A DNA stretch of 64,000 bases from Leptolyngbyaceae cyanobacterium (GTDB lineage: Bacteria; Cyanobacteriota; Cyanobacteriia; Phormidesmidales; Phormidesmidaceae). Positions 30,640 through 43,483 of the stretch are shown piece after piece. Position numbers and translations under genes: made by a program. Location: the NCBI GenBank assembly GCA_965263355.1, contig CBDHHL010000032.1, forward strand, positions 736,001-800,000, in the 5' to 3' direction. Positions within the stretch are counted from its first letter, which is position 1; every line of letters begins with the position of its first letter. The notes below the pieces were generated by a model that searched no databases, was not told where the DNA came from, and was given only the letters and a program-made list of their open reading frames with translations.

Positions 30640-33396
30640 ATGAACCGAAACCTTAATTTAGCTGGGTTACGCTCCCTGCAGCCGAACCGAATCGGACGTA
30701 GTTTACCTTTACGCGCTGTTCTGATTATTCCATTTGTCTGTCAGATCTTTGCTACGGTTGGTTTGGTGGGTTATTTGTCTTTTCGCAGTGGGCGACAGTC
30801 CGTTAATGAGCTAGCTTTTCAGCTGATGGCCACGGCCAGTGAGAACATTGATCAAAAATTAGAAAATTATCTCGAAGTTCCACATATCATCAACCAGCTA
30901 CGTTTCGATGACTTCAGAAATGGTTTGTTGAGCACCCAAAATATTGAGGCATTGTACCAACACTTTTGGACCCAGAAACAAGCATTCGAATCTGTCAGCT
31001 ATGTTTACATGGGCAGCACCGAGGGCGGTATGATAGCAGCCGGTCGTCTGCCAGACGGGACTTCACTGATCGGGGGAACTGACAACTTTAAAGCAGGTGA
31101 TTACAACATTTACAGAGCCGATAAAACCGGTGAACGAATCGAACTGTTTAAGGTTCTGTCTGATTGGGATGCCTATAACTATGCTTGGTTCACAAAACCT
31201 ATTGAAACAGGCAAACCTACTTGGGGAACACCTTATAAATGGACAGGTAGAGACGTGGTTGCCATTTCTGCGGGGCGTCCTGTCTATAATCCTCAGGGTA
31301 ATCTCGTTGGCACAGTAGCCGTTGATCTCTCTTTGTCGGACATTAGCCAATTTTTACAAACAATTGAGATTAGTCCTTCCAGCTCCATTTTTATTATTGA
31401 AAGTTCTGGAGATCTAATCGCCACCTCGACCAATACACCAGTAGCACTGACTCAAGATGAGAGCACAGTTCGCGTTCAAGCAGTAGACAGCGAAAATAAA
31501 ACTGTTCAGCTGGCTGCCCAGGCCATTCTAGAAACCGTGCCCAGTTGGCAAAGTATTACCCAAGCTTCTCTGTTAAACCTCGAGATAAATGATCAAAAAC
31601 ACTTTGTTACTATTGTTCCCTGGCGAGATAATTTTGGTCTAGATTGGCGAATTGTCATGATTGTCCCCGAAAGCGATTTTATGGGGCAAATCAACCAAAA
31701 TGTACGCCGCACTATTATTCTATGTTCAGCAGCACTAGGAGCCTCCATATTATTTGGGATTTTAACGGCTCGTTGGGTAGTTCAACCGATTCTCAAACTA
31801 AACCAATCTGCGAGGGATTTAGCTCAGGGACATTGGAATACACCTATTATTGCCGAGCGCAATGATGAAGTAGGAGAATTGGCTATATCATTTAAGGATA
31901 TGGCTAAACAACTCCAAAATTCGTTTAGCATGCTAGAAGAAAAAGTCCAAGAACGAACCAATGCCTTAGCTGCCGCTAAAGATATAGCCGATAAAGCTAA
32001 TCAAGCTAAGAGTGAATTCCTTGCCAATATGAGCCATGAGCTGCGAACACCATTGAATGGCATATTAGGATATGCTCAGATTCTTTTAAGGGATAGTGCA
32101 ATAGCACCAAAACAAAAGAATAGCCTTGACATTATTCAAAGATGTGGTAATCATCTGTTAACATTGATCAATGACATTTTAGACCTATCTAAGATAGAAG
32201 CTCGAAAGCTTGAACTCTTGCCCAAGTCATTCTACCTTCCAGCTTTTTTGCAGAGCATACAGGAGCTAAGTCAAGTAAAGGCAATGGAGAAGGGCTTGGA
32301 AATCATTAATGATTTTGATCCAAATCTACCAGCAGGAATTTTGGCCGATGAAAAACGTCTCGGGCAGGTCTTAATTAACTTGTTAGGTAACGCAGTTAAA
32401 TTTACCCAAACCGGGAAAATTTACTTTCGGGTCAAACGACTACCTATCAACTGTGAGCCCATGGACAACCATCGCCTTCATTTTGAAATTGAAGATTCTG
32501 GTGTGGGTATTTCTCCAGAAGATATGGAAAAAATATTTCTACCGTTTGAACAGGTGGGCGACAAACAGAAAAAGCATGAAGGGACTGGTTTGGGGCTAGC
32601 CATCAGTCAACAGATCATTACATTGATGGGAGGTCAATTGCAGGCCACCAGTAAAGTCAATCAGGGAACTAAGTTCTGGTTTGATATTGATGTACCTGAG
32701 GTCAAAAACTTTGCCTATGATTCTTCTAGCGATGAACAAAGAACCATTATTGGCTATAAGAATAGAACACAAACTGTACTTGTGGTGGATGACAGATGGG
32801 AAAACAGGGCGGTCTTAATAGGTCTATTGGAACCCCTTGGCTTCCAGATTATTGAAGCGACTAATGGCCGAGAGGCGCTAGACAAAATCCAGACACAGCA
32901 GAAAATTGACCTGATGATAACGGATTTAGTTATGCCTGAGATGAACGGCTTTGATCTGCTTAAGCGCATGCGTCAATCCCCTGATTTAGAAAAGGTGGTT
33001 GCGATCGCATCGTCAGCCAGTGTATTTGAAGCAGATCAACTTGAAAGCCTTAATGCTGGGGCTGATGACTTTTTACCTAAACCCGTCCAAACTAGTAAGC
33101 TGTTAGAGCTAATTCAAAAACATTTACAGTTAGAATGGGTATATGGGACACCAGTAGCAGATTCTCCAGCAACATCTACAAACAAAGCAGCCCTTACACC
33201 TCCTCCTAAAAACGTTCTAGATTTCCTATCTGGTCTTATTAAACTAGGAGACATTGACGCCATTATTGAACAGACCACTATAATTCAGCATAAATATCCC
33301 CAAGCTAAAGAATTTGCATTACAAGTAAAACACCTTGCAGAAACCTGTTACATGGACGAATTAGAGTTCTTAATCAACTCACATATGACAACATAG
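30640..33396 (+). CDS. hybrid sensor histidine kinase (Cache-HAMP-HisKA-HATPase-REC)
   Basis: Two TMs flanking a Cache-like region, HAMP ([10 protein letters not shown]), [39 protein letters not shown] ([10 protein letters not shown]). Confidence 0.93.
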   Translation: MNRNLNLAGLRSLQPNRIGRSLPLRAVLIIPFVCQIFATVGLVGYLSFRSGRQSVNELAFQLMATASENIDQKLENYLEVPHIINQLRFDDFRNGLLSTQNIEALYQHFWTQKQAFESVSYVYMGSTEGGMIAAGRLPDGTSLIGGTDNFKAGDYNIYRADKTGERIELFKVLSDWDAYNYAWFTKPIETGKPTWGTPYKWTGRDVVAISAGRPVYNPQGNLVGTVAVDLSLSDISQFLQTIEISPSSSIFIIESSGDLIATSTNTPVALTQDESTVRVQAVDSENKTVQLAAQAILETVPSWQSITQASLLNLEINDQKHFVTIVPWRDNFGLDWRIVMIVPESDFMGQINQNVRRTIILCSAALGASILFGILTARWVVQPILKLNQSARDLAQGHWNTPIIAERNDEVGELAISFKDMAKQLQNSFSMLEEKVQERTNALAAAKDIADKANQAKSEFLANMSHELRTPLNGILGYAQILLRDSAIAPKQKNSLDIIQRCGNHLLTLINDILDLSKIEARKLELLPKSFYLPAFLQSIQELSQVKAMEKGLEIINDFDPNLPAGILADEKRLGQVLINLLGNAVKFTQTGKIYFRVKRLPINCEPMDNHRLHFEIEDSGVGISPEDMEKIFLPFEQVGDKQKKHEGTGLGLAISQQIITLMGGQLQATSKVNQGTKFWFDIDVPEVKNFAYDSSSDEQRTIIGYKNRTQTVLVVDDRWENRAVLIGLLEPLGFQIIEATNGREALDKIQTQQKIDLMITDLVMPEMNGFDLLKRMRQSPDLEKVVAIASSASVFEADQLESLNAGADDFLPKPVQTSKLLELIQKHLQLEWVYGTPVADSPATSTNKAALTPPPKNVLDFLSGLIKLGDIDAIIEQTTIIQHKYPQAKEFALQVKHLAETCYMDELEFLINSHMTT

Positions 33397-33417
33397 AAGT
33401 AAGCATTTTTGTAAACG

Positions 33418-34818
33418 ATGGTGACCCCTTCCGCAACCTATTTATTACATAACCATCCTAAGGATGCTCCCGAACGGTTCATTCTGGTTGTAGATGATGA
33501 GCCTGCAAATTTATCCCTATTAAAGGAAACACTCTCATCCACCGGGCATAAGGTTCGTGTTGTCACCAGTGGAAAAAAAGCCCTTGAAATCGTCCAGAAG
33601 CAACAGCCGATTTTAATTTTATTAGATATCTCTATGCCAGGGATAGATGGCTTTGAGACCTGCCATTTACTCAAAAATAATCCAGAAACAGCTAACATCC
33701 CAATCATATTTGCGACCGCCGTTTCAGAAACGAGTCAAAAGGTTAAAGGCTTTTCCCTAGGAGCTGTAGACTACATTACCAAACCTTTTCACGTTGAAGA
33801 AGTCGTAGCACGAGTCAAAGCTCAACTCGCACTACAACAGCTGACAACCACACTGCGACACAAAAACCAACAGCTGGAACAGGAAATAAAAGCACGTAAA
33901 CTAGCAGAACGTATTCTTCAGAACACAAATTACAGGCTTGAACAAAGTTTAAAGCAGCTCAAAAGCACTCAAGTACAGCTAATCCAGAGTGCAAAAATGT
34001 CTAGTCTAGGCATTCTGGTGGCAGGAGTGGCCCATGAAATCAATAATCCGATTAACTTCATCTATGGCAATCTTGACCCTGCCCAAAATTACTGTCAAAG
34101 CTTACTAAATCTGCTCAAACGCTACCGACAAGAACATCTGAATCCATCTCAAGAACTCCAAAATTACATTGATGAAATCGATTTTTCCTTTTTAGAAAAC
34201 GATTTGCCCAAGTTGTTTGAATCTCTAAGCAAAGGTACAGAACGTATTCGTCAAATCGTCTTATCACTACGAAATTTCTCTCGCCATGATGAGGCTGAGA
34301 TGAAAGTCGTCAATATTCATGAAGGGATTGATAACACCCTTGTAATTTTGCACAATCGCCTAAAATATCAGACTGATCGACCTGATATTCAAGTTGAAAA
34401 AGAATATGGCAACATACCATTGATTGAATGCTATCCTGGCCAACTCAATCAGGTTTTCATGAATATCTTAGCCAATGCTATTGAAGCCATTGAGGAATAC
34501 AACCACCAAAGAAGCATTGAAGAGGTTCATTTAAATCCTGGCAAAATTAAAATTAGAACTGAGGCATCTGACCCTCAGCATATCGTAATTCATATCAGTG
34601 ATAACGGTATCGGCGTACCCGACAACATTAAAGCAAAGTTGTTTGATCCCTTCTTTACAACTAAACCAGTCGGCCAAGGAACTGGGTTAGGGTTATCCAT
34701 TAGCCACAATATTGTTACTGAGAAGCATGGTGGCAACTTAACGTACACCTCAATACCAAGTCAGGGCAGCTCATTTGTGATTGAACTTCCCATTCGAAAT
34801 GACACCACAGGAATGTAA
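33418..34818 (+). CDS. hybrid REC-histidine kinase
   Basis: ILVVDDEPAN, LLDISMPGIDG, AGVAHEINNPINFI, QVFMNILANA, FDPFFTTKPVGQGTGLGLSIS. Confidence 0.93.
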   Translation: MVTPSATYLLHNHPKDAPERFILVVDDEPANLSLLKETLSSTGHKVRVVTSGKKALEIVQKQQPILILLDISMPGIDGFETCHLLKNNPETANIPIIFATAVSETSQKVKGFSLGAVDYITKPFHVEEVVARVKAQLALQQLTTTLRHKNQQLEQEIKARKLAERILQNTNYRLEQSLKQLKSTQVQLIQSAKMSSLGILVAGVAHEINNPINFIYGNLDPAQNYCQSLLNLLKRYRQEHLNPSQELQNYIDEIDFSFLENDLPKLFESLSKGTERIRQIVLSLRNFSRHDEAEMKVVNIHEGIDNTLVILHNRLKYQTDRPDIQVEKEYGNIPLIECYPGQLNQVFMNILANAIEAIEEYNHQRSIEEVHLNPGKIKIRTEASDPQHIVIHISDNGIGVPDNIKAKLFDPFFTTKPVGQGTGLGLSISHNIVTEKHGGNLTYTSIPSQGSSFVIELPIRNDTTGM

Positions 34819-34900
34819 GTAGACCAGTACAATCTTTTATAAGATATGAGATATGAACAAACTGTTTAACGTCTTAGAATCTGCTGCAATACGCCTCATC

Positions 34901-34948
34901 ATTCACGACTCACTATTCACCGCCTAATCCCAAGTTTAAGCTTGACGC
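34901..34948. repeat. partial copy of the 8057..8112 element
   Basis: ATTCACGACTCA...CCGCC...TTTAAGCTTGACGC. Confidence 0.45.
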
Positions 34949-35057
34949 AATTCTACATTAGTGATCGTCAGGTAGTGAAATCAGTACTCATTTGGGTGAG
35001 TCCTCCATAGTAGACCAGTCGCTACAATAGTACTGAAGCTGCATGTAAGGAGATGCG

Positions 35058-36317
35058 ATGGAGGCATCCACCGAAAATTCACCATCATTGCCAACGCGTC
35101 GCAGGTTAACGCCATGGCAAAGTGTTAAGGCTAATCTATCGTTGGCTCAGGCCACCCAGCGATTTCTCAATTGGTTCGCCGTTGATGATGCCCAAGTTAC
35201 GAGCATTCTAGAAAAAATCAGGGCAGAGTTACCAACCACCGAAGCCTGGCTGATCGGCAAACCCCAATCTGGTAAAAGCTCAGTGATCCGAGGGTTAACT
35301 GGTGTTTCCACAGATATTATTGGCCAAGGATTTCGGCCCCATACCCAGCACACCAAGCGCTATGCCTATCCCTCAGACGATCTGCCGTTACTATTATTTA
35401 CTGATACTGTCGGTCTAGGGGATGTGGATCGTGATGTTAAAAGTATTATCCAGGAACTACAGGATGACCTGGCTCAACAGGCCCGAGGGGCCAGAATATT
35501 GCTGGTAACCGTTAAGATAAGCGATTTTGCCATCGATAGTTTGCACCAGGTTTTACGTGAGATTAGGACCAAACACCCAACAATTCCCGTCGTTTTGGTG
35601 GTAACGTGCCTCCACGAACTCTACCATGCTGGCATCGAGCATTCTCCCTATCCCCCGACACAAGTCTCTGTTCAGCGGGCCTTTAGCGAACTTAAACGGA
35701 GCTTTGAAAGTCTCTTTGACAGTGCTGTCATGATTGACTTTACACTGGAAGAGGATGGCTACTTACCTGTTTTCTATGGTTTAGATGCTCTGTTAACCAG
35801 ACTCTCCGAGCAGCTACCAGAAGCTGAATCCAATGCAATTTATCAGCTGCTTGACCAGGCCAATGAAGCCACTAGTCAACTGGGAGCTATTTATCGCGAT
35901 GTAGCGCGACGTTATATTTCAGCCTTTGCCGTCATTGCAGCCACATTAGCAGCCATACCGCTACCCTTTGCCACTATGCCAGCTATTACCGCACTGCAAG
36001 TTTCAATGATTGTGGCATTGGGACAGCTCTATGGCCAACGGCTTAGCTTTTCCCAAGCAGGCGGTGTGGCTAGTACCATTGCTGGAGGCTTTTTGGCCCA
36101 GGCCATAGGACGCGAGTTAATCAAACTCGTCCCTGGTTTTGGTAGTGTGGTTGCGGCCTCTTGGGCTGCGGCTTACACCTGGGCACTGGGTGAAGGTGCT
36201 TGTGTTTATTTTGGCGATCTCATGGGGGGTAAAAAACCTGACCCTGAACAAATTCAAGCTGCTATGAAAGAGGCCTTTAAATCGGCCAAGGAAAGATTGC
36301 GCAAAAACCCCAAGTAA
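35058..36317 (+). CDS. GTPase with C-terminal YcjF/DUF697-like domain
   Basis: G1 GKPQSGKSS, G3 DTVGLG, hydrophobic C-terminus (AAIPLPFA, ELIKLVPGFGS). Confidence 0.8.
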   Translation: MEASTENSPSLPTRRRLTPWQSVKANLSLAQATQRFLNWFAVDDAQVTSILEKIRAELPTTEAWLIGKPQSGKSSVIRGLTGVSTDIIGQGFRPHTQHTKRYAYPSDDLPLLLFTDTVGLGDVDRDVKSIIQELQDDLAQQARGARILLVTVKISDFAIDSLHQVLREIRTKHPTIPVVLVVTCLHELYHAGIEHSPYPPTQVSVQRAFSELKRSFESLFDSAVMIDFTLEEDGYLPVFYGLDALLTRLSEQLPEAESNAIYQLLDQANEATSQLGAIYRDVARRYISAFAVIAATLAAIPLPFATMPAITALQVSMIVALGQLYGQRLSFSQAGGVASTIAGGFLAQAIGRELIKLVPGFGSVVAASWAAAYTWALGEGACVYFGDLMGGKKPDPEQIQAAMKEAFKSAKERLRKNPK

Positions 36318-36322
36318 GGGCG

Positions 36323-37177
36323 TTATTCCAAAAAATAGGGAGGACGCGTATTCTTTTTAGGCCAGCTGTTGGAAATAAAATGGATCAACGTAGGGGCAGC
36401 CAAACATAAACCAATTAGTCCTACCCACCATGTTTGTTGAAAATCACTAATGTCAAACGTTTGAGGTTCTGGTGACAACAACTCTGGAGCAACAGAAACA
36501 ATATTGTTGAGGGCGTGGGCGATAATCGGTACCCACAAGCTACGGGTGCGCACGTACAACAGTGCCATAATCACTCCAAACATGGTGAGTCCCATGGGAT
36601 TATTAATATGCAATATACCAAACAGCACTGAGGACATAATGATCCCTACTGGTAAATTCCACCGTACTGCCCACCGTTGCAGCAAGACACCACGAAACAC
36701 AAATTCCTCAGCAACTGGCGCAAACACGAGCACCACAAACAGCATTAAGTAACGATATAGATCCGGGGCAGCTGTTTCAACACTTAACAGATTCTCTGTC
36801 AAACGTTCTTCGACAAAACCAGGGGCAAACAGCGAAACCGGATAGAATAATAATAAAAAGCTGCTAAAGGAAAATATTAGCATGCTGGAAATCAGCAATA
36901 TGCCATAGGCCCAGGGAAAACGGGGTGGTGGACCAAATAAACGGGGAAATTGCAAACCAGCCTGGGACCCACTCACAATCAGTACAACGCATACCAAACC
37001 AAAAATCATCATGAATTGCACTGGCATCCACAATTGGTCATCCAAGGGCCAGGGCAACAGTTGCTGATATTCCAAGACACCGTAGACTATGCCGACAAGC
37101 AAGTTGCTGAGAATAAAAGCAACAAAGACATGGGTGCGGAATTTAATTACTTCGAAGGGGTTCCTACCCATGCTCAA
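36323..37177 (-). CDS. CPBP (Abi/CAAX) intramembrane glutamic endopeptidase
   Basis: APVAEEFVFRG, SSVLFGILH, IIAHALNN. Confidence 0.92.
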   Translation of the reverse strand: MSMGRNPFEVIKFRTHVFVAFILSNLLVGIVYGVLEYQQLLPWPLDDQLWMPVQFMMIFGLVCVVLIVSGSQAGLQFPRLFGPPPRFPWAYGILLISSMLIFSFSSFLLLFYPVSLFAPGFVEERLTENLLSVETAAPDLYRYLMLFVVLVFAPVAEEFVFRGVLLQRWAVRWNLPVGIIMSSVLFGILHINNPMGLTMFGVIMALLYVRTRSLWVPIIAHALNNIVSVAPELLSPEPQTFDISDFQQTWWVGLIGLCLAAPTLIHFISNSWPKKNTRPPYFLE

Positions 37178-37316
37178 ATTTGGATAATTAGAACGTATTT
37201 CATTGTAAATCAGAAATACTTAAGGCATTAATGACATCACTTGTCAGGCCATTACAGCTTGCCTTAGCACTATGCTAAAACTGCATAGCAGTAGAGTGGT
37301 ACATCAGGATAGACAT

Positions 37317-38201
37317 ATGTGCGATCGCACAGACACCCACAAACCCTGGCAGCCTCATACCCTATGGTCCAAGTTACAAGCCCAGACTCAGCACGGCTTA
37401 GCGACGGGAGCTCTCAAACCTATCGATACCAAGCACGAAATTGTCTCCGATGGTGGCGTGGAGTTCATTGTGCGCATTTTAGCCAACTTAAACCGCAAAG
37501 CCCAGGACCGTAAGATCCAGAGCAAGCAAAAGACCAATCCGTTTTTACCTTACGATCCTAACCTTTACGTCACAGACATTTCCAAAACCCACGTTTGCCT
37601 GCTAAACAAGTTCAATGTCGTCGCCCATCATTTTCTAATTGTTACCCGAGAGTTTGACTCTCAACTTAACTGGCTAAACCTGACCGATTTTGAAGCCCTT
37701 TGCTGCTGTTTAAGTGAAGTAGCAGGCCTATTCTTTTATAATGGAGGCCCTGCTGCTGGCGCTAGCCAGCCCCACAAACATCTACAGCTGATTCCACAGC
37801 AGTCCATGGCACTGCCCGTAGAAACAGCCATCCATGCCACTAATTTTGTCGATGGTATTGGCCAATCTCCTCTGCTACCCTATGCCCATCGCATTGTTCA
37901 ACTAAATCCTGATGATGGGGCTCAACAATGGCTACAGCACTACTATCGATTGTTGAGTAGATTAAACATGGATGATCCCACAGGGCAATGGAAAGGCTGC
38001 CAACGCGAGGCTTACAACCTACTGGGTACACGCAATTGGCTAATGATAGTACCACGACGCCAGGACGATTACCTAGGTATTTCCGTTAATTCCCTAGGAT
38101 TTGCCGGTTCGCTCTTAGTTAAAAACCAGATACAAATGGACCAACTTAAAGAAATTGGCCCATTCACATTGCTAAAGGAAGTCGGTCAGCCAATTTTATA
38201 G
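37317..38201 (+). CDS. ATP adenylyltransferase / Ap4A phosphorylase II family
   Basis: NPFLPYD, LLNKFNVV.HH.LIVT, FYNGG..AGASQPHKHLQ, SVNSLGFAGSLLV. Confidence 0.9.
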   Translation: MCDRTDTHKPWQPHTLWSKLQAQTQHGLATGALKPIDTKHEIVSDGGVEFIVRILANLNRKAQDRKIQSKQKTNPFLPYDPNLYVTDISKTHVCLLNKFNVVAHHFLIVTREFDSQLNWLNLTDFEALCCCLSEVAGLFFYNGGPAAGASQPHKHLQLIPQQSMALPVETAIHATNFVDGIGQSPLLPYAHRIVQLNPDDGAQQWLQHYYRLLSRLNMDDPTGQWKGCQREAYNLLGTRNWLMIVPRRQDDYLGISVNSLGFAGSLLVKNQIQMDQLKEIGPFTLLKEVGQPIL

Positions 38202-38221
38202 CTTGGGTTGAGTCGTTACTT

Positions 38222-38259
38222 TTAGCGTAGGGATGTTCCATGGAACATCCCTACGCTAA
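38222..38259. repeat. GTAG-type REP-like perfect 38-bp palindrome (possible bidirectional terminator)
   Basis: TTAGCGTAGGGATGTTCCA|TGGAACATCCCTACGCTAA between convergent genes. Confidence 0.8.
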
Positions 38260-38274
38260 TCAAACAAATCAAAC

Positions 38275-38589
38275 CTAAATCAAAGCTGAAATATCCTCAC
38301 CGCACTCGTCAGCTAGAAAGCACAAGGCACGGAAGCGTAGACCCACCACCTCGTCATATAAGGGGTTGAGCTTGCACATGGGTGGAATGTGAGCAACTGT
38401 GCGACCGAACAGGAGCACATCACGCTCAAACGGACATTGAGAAGGCACAAATCGCGCAATACGACGGGCCCACCTAGGATCCTTAACATCTAAAGCATCA
38501 ATCCAACGTCTAATAGGCTGCAGCGGCTTGAGCTGGAACTTAACGCCATGAAAGACATGATTCTTCAGAAATGCAGTGGCAGAAGACAT
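38275..38589 (-). CDS. 'Mo-dependent nitrogenase C-terminal' domain protein (cyanobacterial, function unknown)
   Basis: PSQCPFERDV..FG...HIPPMCKLNPLYDEVVGLRFRALCFLADECGEDIS. Confidence 0.88.
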   Translation of the reverse strand: MSSATAFLKNHVFHGVKFQLKPLQPIRRWIDALDVKDPRWARRIARFVPSQCPFERDVLLFGRTVAHIPPMCKLNPLYDEVVGLRFRALCFLADECGEDISALI

Positions 38590-39354
38590 GATTTAGATAA
38601 AAGACGTAGTTTTTCAGGAAAACAGATTTTTAGAAGCGCTAATTCTTTAGATAAAGGGGTTTTATAAAAATTTGAAGGGTCATATATAAATCCCCTCTAC
38701 ATTAAGCAATTAAAGTTGTGTCTAGGTAAAGCGAACAATAACCCTGACGAAAGTTTTCTAAAGGTCCAATAAAGACCAAGAACTATAAAAATAAAGTAAT
38801 TTGAATTATTTTTTATCCAGACTGATGCTAGAAGATGAATCTAACTTTGTGTGTTACAAGCAAGACATTTTCCGCAATCTGATGCAAGATACGCATCTAT
38901 TCTTTAGATTTCCGGATACTCGTAAGAACCTGGAAAAAAGTTTATCAACTTGGCTAACGTTGGTAGTGAAAACCAGGAAATTAAACAACATTAAAATCAT
39001 ATTTCCCTAATCGTCCCAAGCATCACCTACAAGGCTGAGGTAAAAATAATCACCTACTCTAAGTCAAAAAACATAGACATATTAAGTAATATTAATAGTC
39101 ATTCCATAATATCCCCTAAAGTTGCCAAGAAAGCTTATTTAAAACTGACACTGTGCATCGATATTATTCGTTATTATTTTTTAAAATTATTTATCAGACT
39201 TGCATAAACTCAATAGAAGTTGATGCCTAAGTGTAGATGTGACATCTAACTCATGGGGATCGCTGATATCAGGTTAGATATCACCTTATTTGATGGATAC
39301 TACACAGTCACTTCGATAATTGGGCGGTACCAAGGATCGGTTATCGCGAATTAA

Positions 39355-41112
<1,758 letters not shown>

Positions 41113-41153
41113 ACATCCCATCACCTGAATTCGATATCCTGTAAGGGTATTGC

Positions 41154-41197
41154 ATAAACCTGTAGGGGCATTGCATGCAATGCCCCTACAGGTTTAT
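41154..41197. repeat. GTAG-type REP-like perfect 44-bp palindrome
   Basis: ATAAACCTGTAGGGGCATTGCA|TGCAATGCCCCTACAGGTTTAT, preceded by a degenerate half copy (CCTGTAAGGGTATTGCAT). Confidence 0.8.
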
Positions 41198-41299
41198 ATC
41201 TATATTTTTTAATATCGATTGACGCCAGGATATGAATTGGCGATACTTTTCATAGTACATATTTACTTAGACAATAATCAGAACCAGCCAGTGACTCAA

Positions 41300-41791
41300 A
41301 TGTCTAACCTAGCCAAGCTCCAGGAGGTGGAACTCAGCCAACGGATTTTAGAGATGGCAAAGGCCGGTGTTTATAGAGAGTCGCTGTTTGATACGTTTAG
41401 TGGGGTGGCGAGTAAACGACAGGTTAGGGCTGCGATCGCAACTGCTAAACAATTCGGTCTTCGCTCTAATCCGACCCTCCGCGACACCGACCTGGGCACT
41501 TACTACCACATCGACCCAAAGCAGTATGAAAGTTTTCAAATGCTACTGGAGTCAGCAATTTCTCCAGTATCCACAGATGATGTGGCCACTCGTTTAAGAA
41601 AACTGACTGAAGCAGTACAGATTTTGGTGCGGGTTTCTGGGGGAGTTGCGATCGCACTATTGATTGGCGGTAGCCTCTGCGTGCTCAACGGTAACCTTAC
41701 CTTGGCCTCGACCATCTGGAGTGCATCTCTGGCTGTGAGCCTGGTGTGGATGGTACAAAAATTGTTGGTTGGATCGTTGTTAGAGGTATAA
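41300..41791 (+). CDS. hypothetical membrane protein
   Basis: Soluble N-terminal domain (RILEMAKAGVYRES...D..LGTYY) plus two C-terminal TM helices. Confidence 0.7.
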   Translation: MSNLAKLQEVELSQRILEMAKAGVYRESLFDTFSGVASKRQVRAAIATAKQFGLRSNPTLRDTDLGTYYHIDPKQYESFQMLLESAISPVSTDDVATRLRKLTEAVQILVRVSGGVAIALLIGGSLCVLNGNLTLASTIWSASLAVSLVWMVQKLLVGSLLEV

Positions 41792-42044
41792 GTCTGTATT
41801 CTCTGGTAACTCCTCATAGTCTTGGCACAGACGCCTTGCCTTGTCCAACCAAGAAAGTGTTCGCTATCCATCGATAAGAAGCCTAAAAAGACTCTCTCTC
41901 AACTTTGCTTTTATCTTTTCAATAAGGTGATATACCTGTTCGGTAATCTCTCCTAACTCTCCCTAAATGCTTGGCCAACTAATATTTTTCAATTCTCACA
42001 CAGGCTTTGATACAGGTTCTAATTCCGCCACTGCCACCTTCTCA

Positions 42045-42716
42045 TCACGATGAGGAATCCAACACCATCAGACACCCTTCTACAATCAGATAGGCTGTTC
42101 GACCTTTACCAATAGAAACCTCGTACCCTCCAGTAAACGAGCCAAAAGAGGGTAGCGTTAGCCGTTGAAACTGGTGCTCATGGTAAAAACAAGGCAACCG
42201 CAGGCTATCGATAGCAGATTGTAATTGCACAACTGGATGTACATGACCACAGACATTCAAGTGACTTTTGGGTAGGTTATCCAAATTAACAGGTTCATGG
42301 CTAAGTAATAACGTTCCCAACGCGATCGGATGAGTGCTGTAGCTCATATTAAAAACAGGTGCCAACGCTGCCCGATCATGGTTGCCAACAATTAGAGTAG
42401 TAATGGCATCGGTATCTTCCAGAAATTTGGACCAGGCAGCTTCGACTTCGGCTACCATGCCCTGGCGAGAGTGAAATAGATCACCTAAAACAAAAATTTG
42501 TCGGGGTTGGACTTGATTGCAGAGTGCTCTCAACCGCTCCAACGTCTCTTCATTGACCTGTTGCGCCACTGGAATGCCAGCTAATTGAAACGTTTCAGCC
42601 TTACCCAGATGCATGTCTGATAGCAATAGAGCCTGATATTTAGGAACATACAGCGCCCGATCTAAAAATACGAGTGCATCTCCCTGCAATATGTTGACCG
42701 ATTGACCATTTTGCAT
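42045..42716 (-). CDS. pdeM: ligase-associated DNA damage response metallophosphoesterase/endonuclease PdeM
   Basis: SDMHLGKAETF, LGDLFHS, GNHD, HEP, GHVHP, LPSFGSFTGG. Confidence 0.85.
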   Translation of the reverse strand: MQNGQSVNILQGDALVFLDRALYVPKYQALLLSDMHLGKAETFQLAGIPVAQQVNEETLERLRALCNQVQPRQIFVLGDLFHSRQGMVAEVEAAWSKFLEDTDAITTLIVGNHDRAALAPVFNMSYSTHPIALGTLLLSHEPVNLDNLPKSHLNVCGHVHPVVQLQSAIDSLRLPCFYHEHQFQRLTLPSFGSFTGGYEVSIGKGRTAYLIVEGCLMVLDSSS

Positions 42717-43483
42717 ATTATTTCATGTACCTGACAGAACTACGAAAAATGACCAAAAAAGAGTTCTAAGCAATCCAAGTAATAACACTAAATTGCTATA
42801 TGTAGACAAGAGTAGGATAGTGCATTTAGTAAGTGAAAGCCCCATCGAAATGATGAAAGCACGTATTCAAGTACTATTTCATCCAACACTCCGCCAGTAA
42901 ATTGGCACATTCAATAATAATGACGAATCCAATGGATCACAGCGCCTAAAAAAGCTTAAATTCTCAATAAACAAGACTTATTGAGAATTATGAAAAATGG
43001 TTCATATGAACTGAATAGGGCATCAAAGTCTATCTGGGAAAGGCTTTCAGATTTAATATCCGAGTGTGACAGTGGAGAGAGCGGAATGTCGGTTTCATAG
43101 TTTGAAATCAAGAAATCTAAAGCGCTAATTTTTTCTAGTTAGTAATATGGACAAATTTTAGTTTCCGGAAATTCATAGCATAAATTCTCTCAAAAAACGC
43201 TTCTAAAGGCTAGTTGGTACTGGTTCCCCCTGATGGGACGATTCGGCCAGAACGCTTGTGATGCAAGGGTATAGTATTTTTAGAAGAGAATCACTGAAAT
43301 CCTCGCTCTGCAGGCTTTTCAGCCATTTTTTCCATTGGGCGGAACCAATGCCCAGGTTAATCACTTCCCATTAGACGGACCAGTGCCTTCCAATCTAATA
43401 CATCTTAGGGCAATAGGAGCTTGGATTTACTTTGACTTGTCCGAAGTTAATTGGTAAGTTTCTTGTACCGATAAGCTAATGGT

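Noticed and set aside
38275..38589. Nitrogen fixation gene
   Set aside because: The family name is historical. The protein has no nitrogenase motifs and there are no nif genes in the window.
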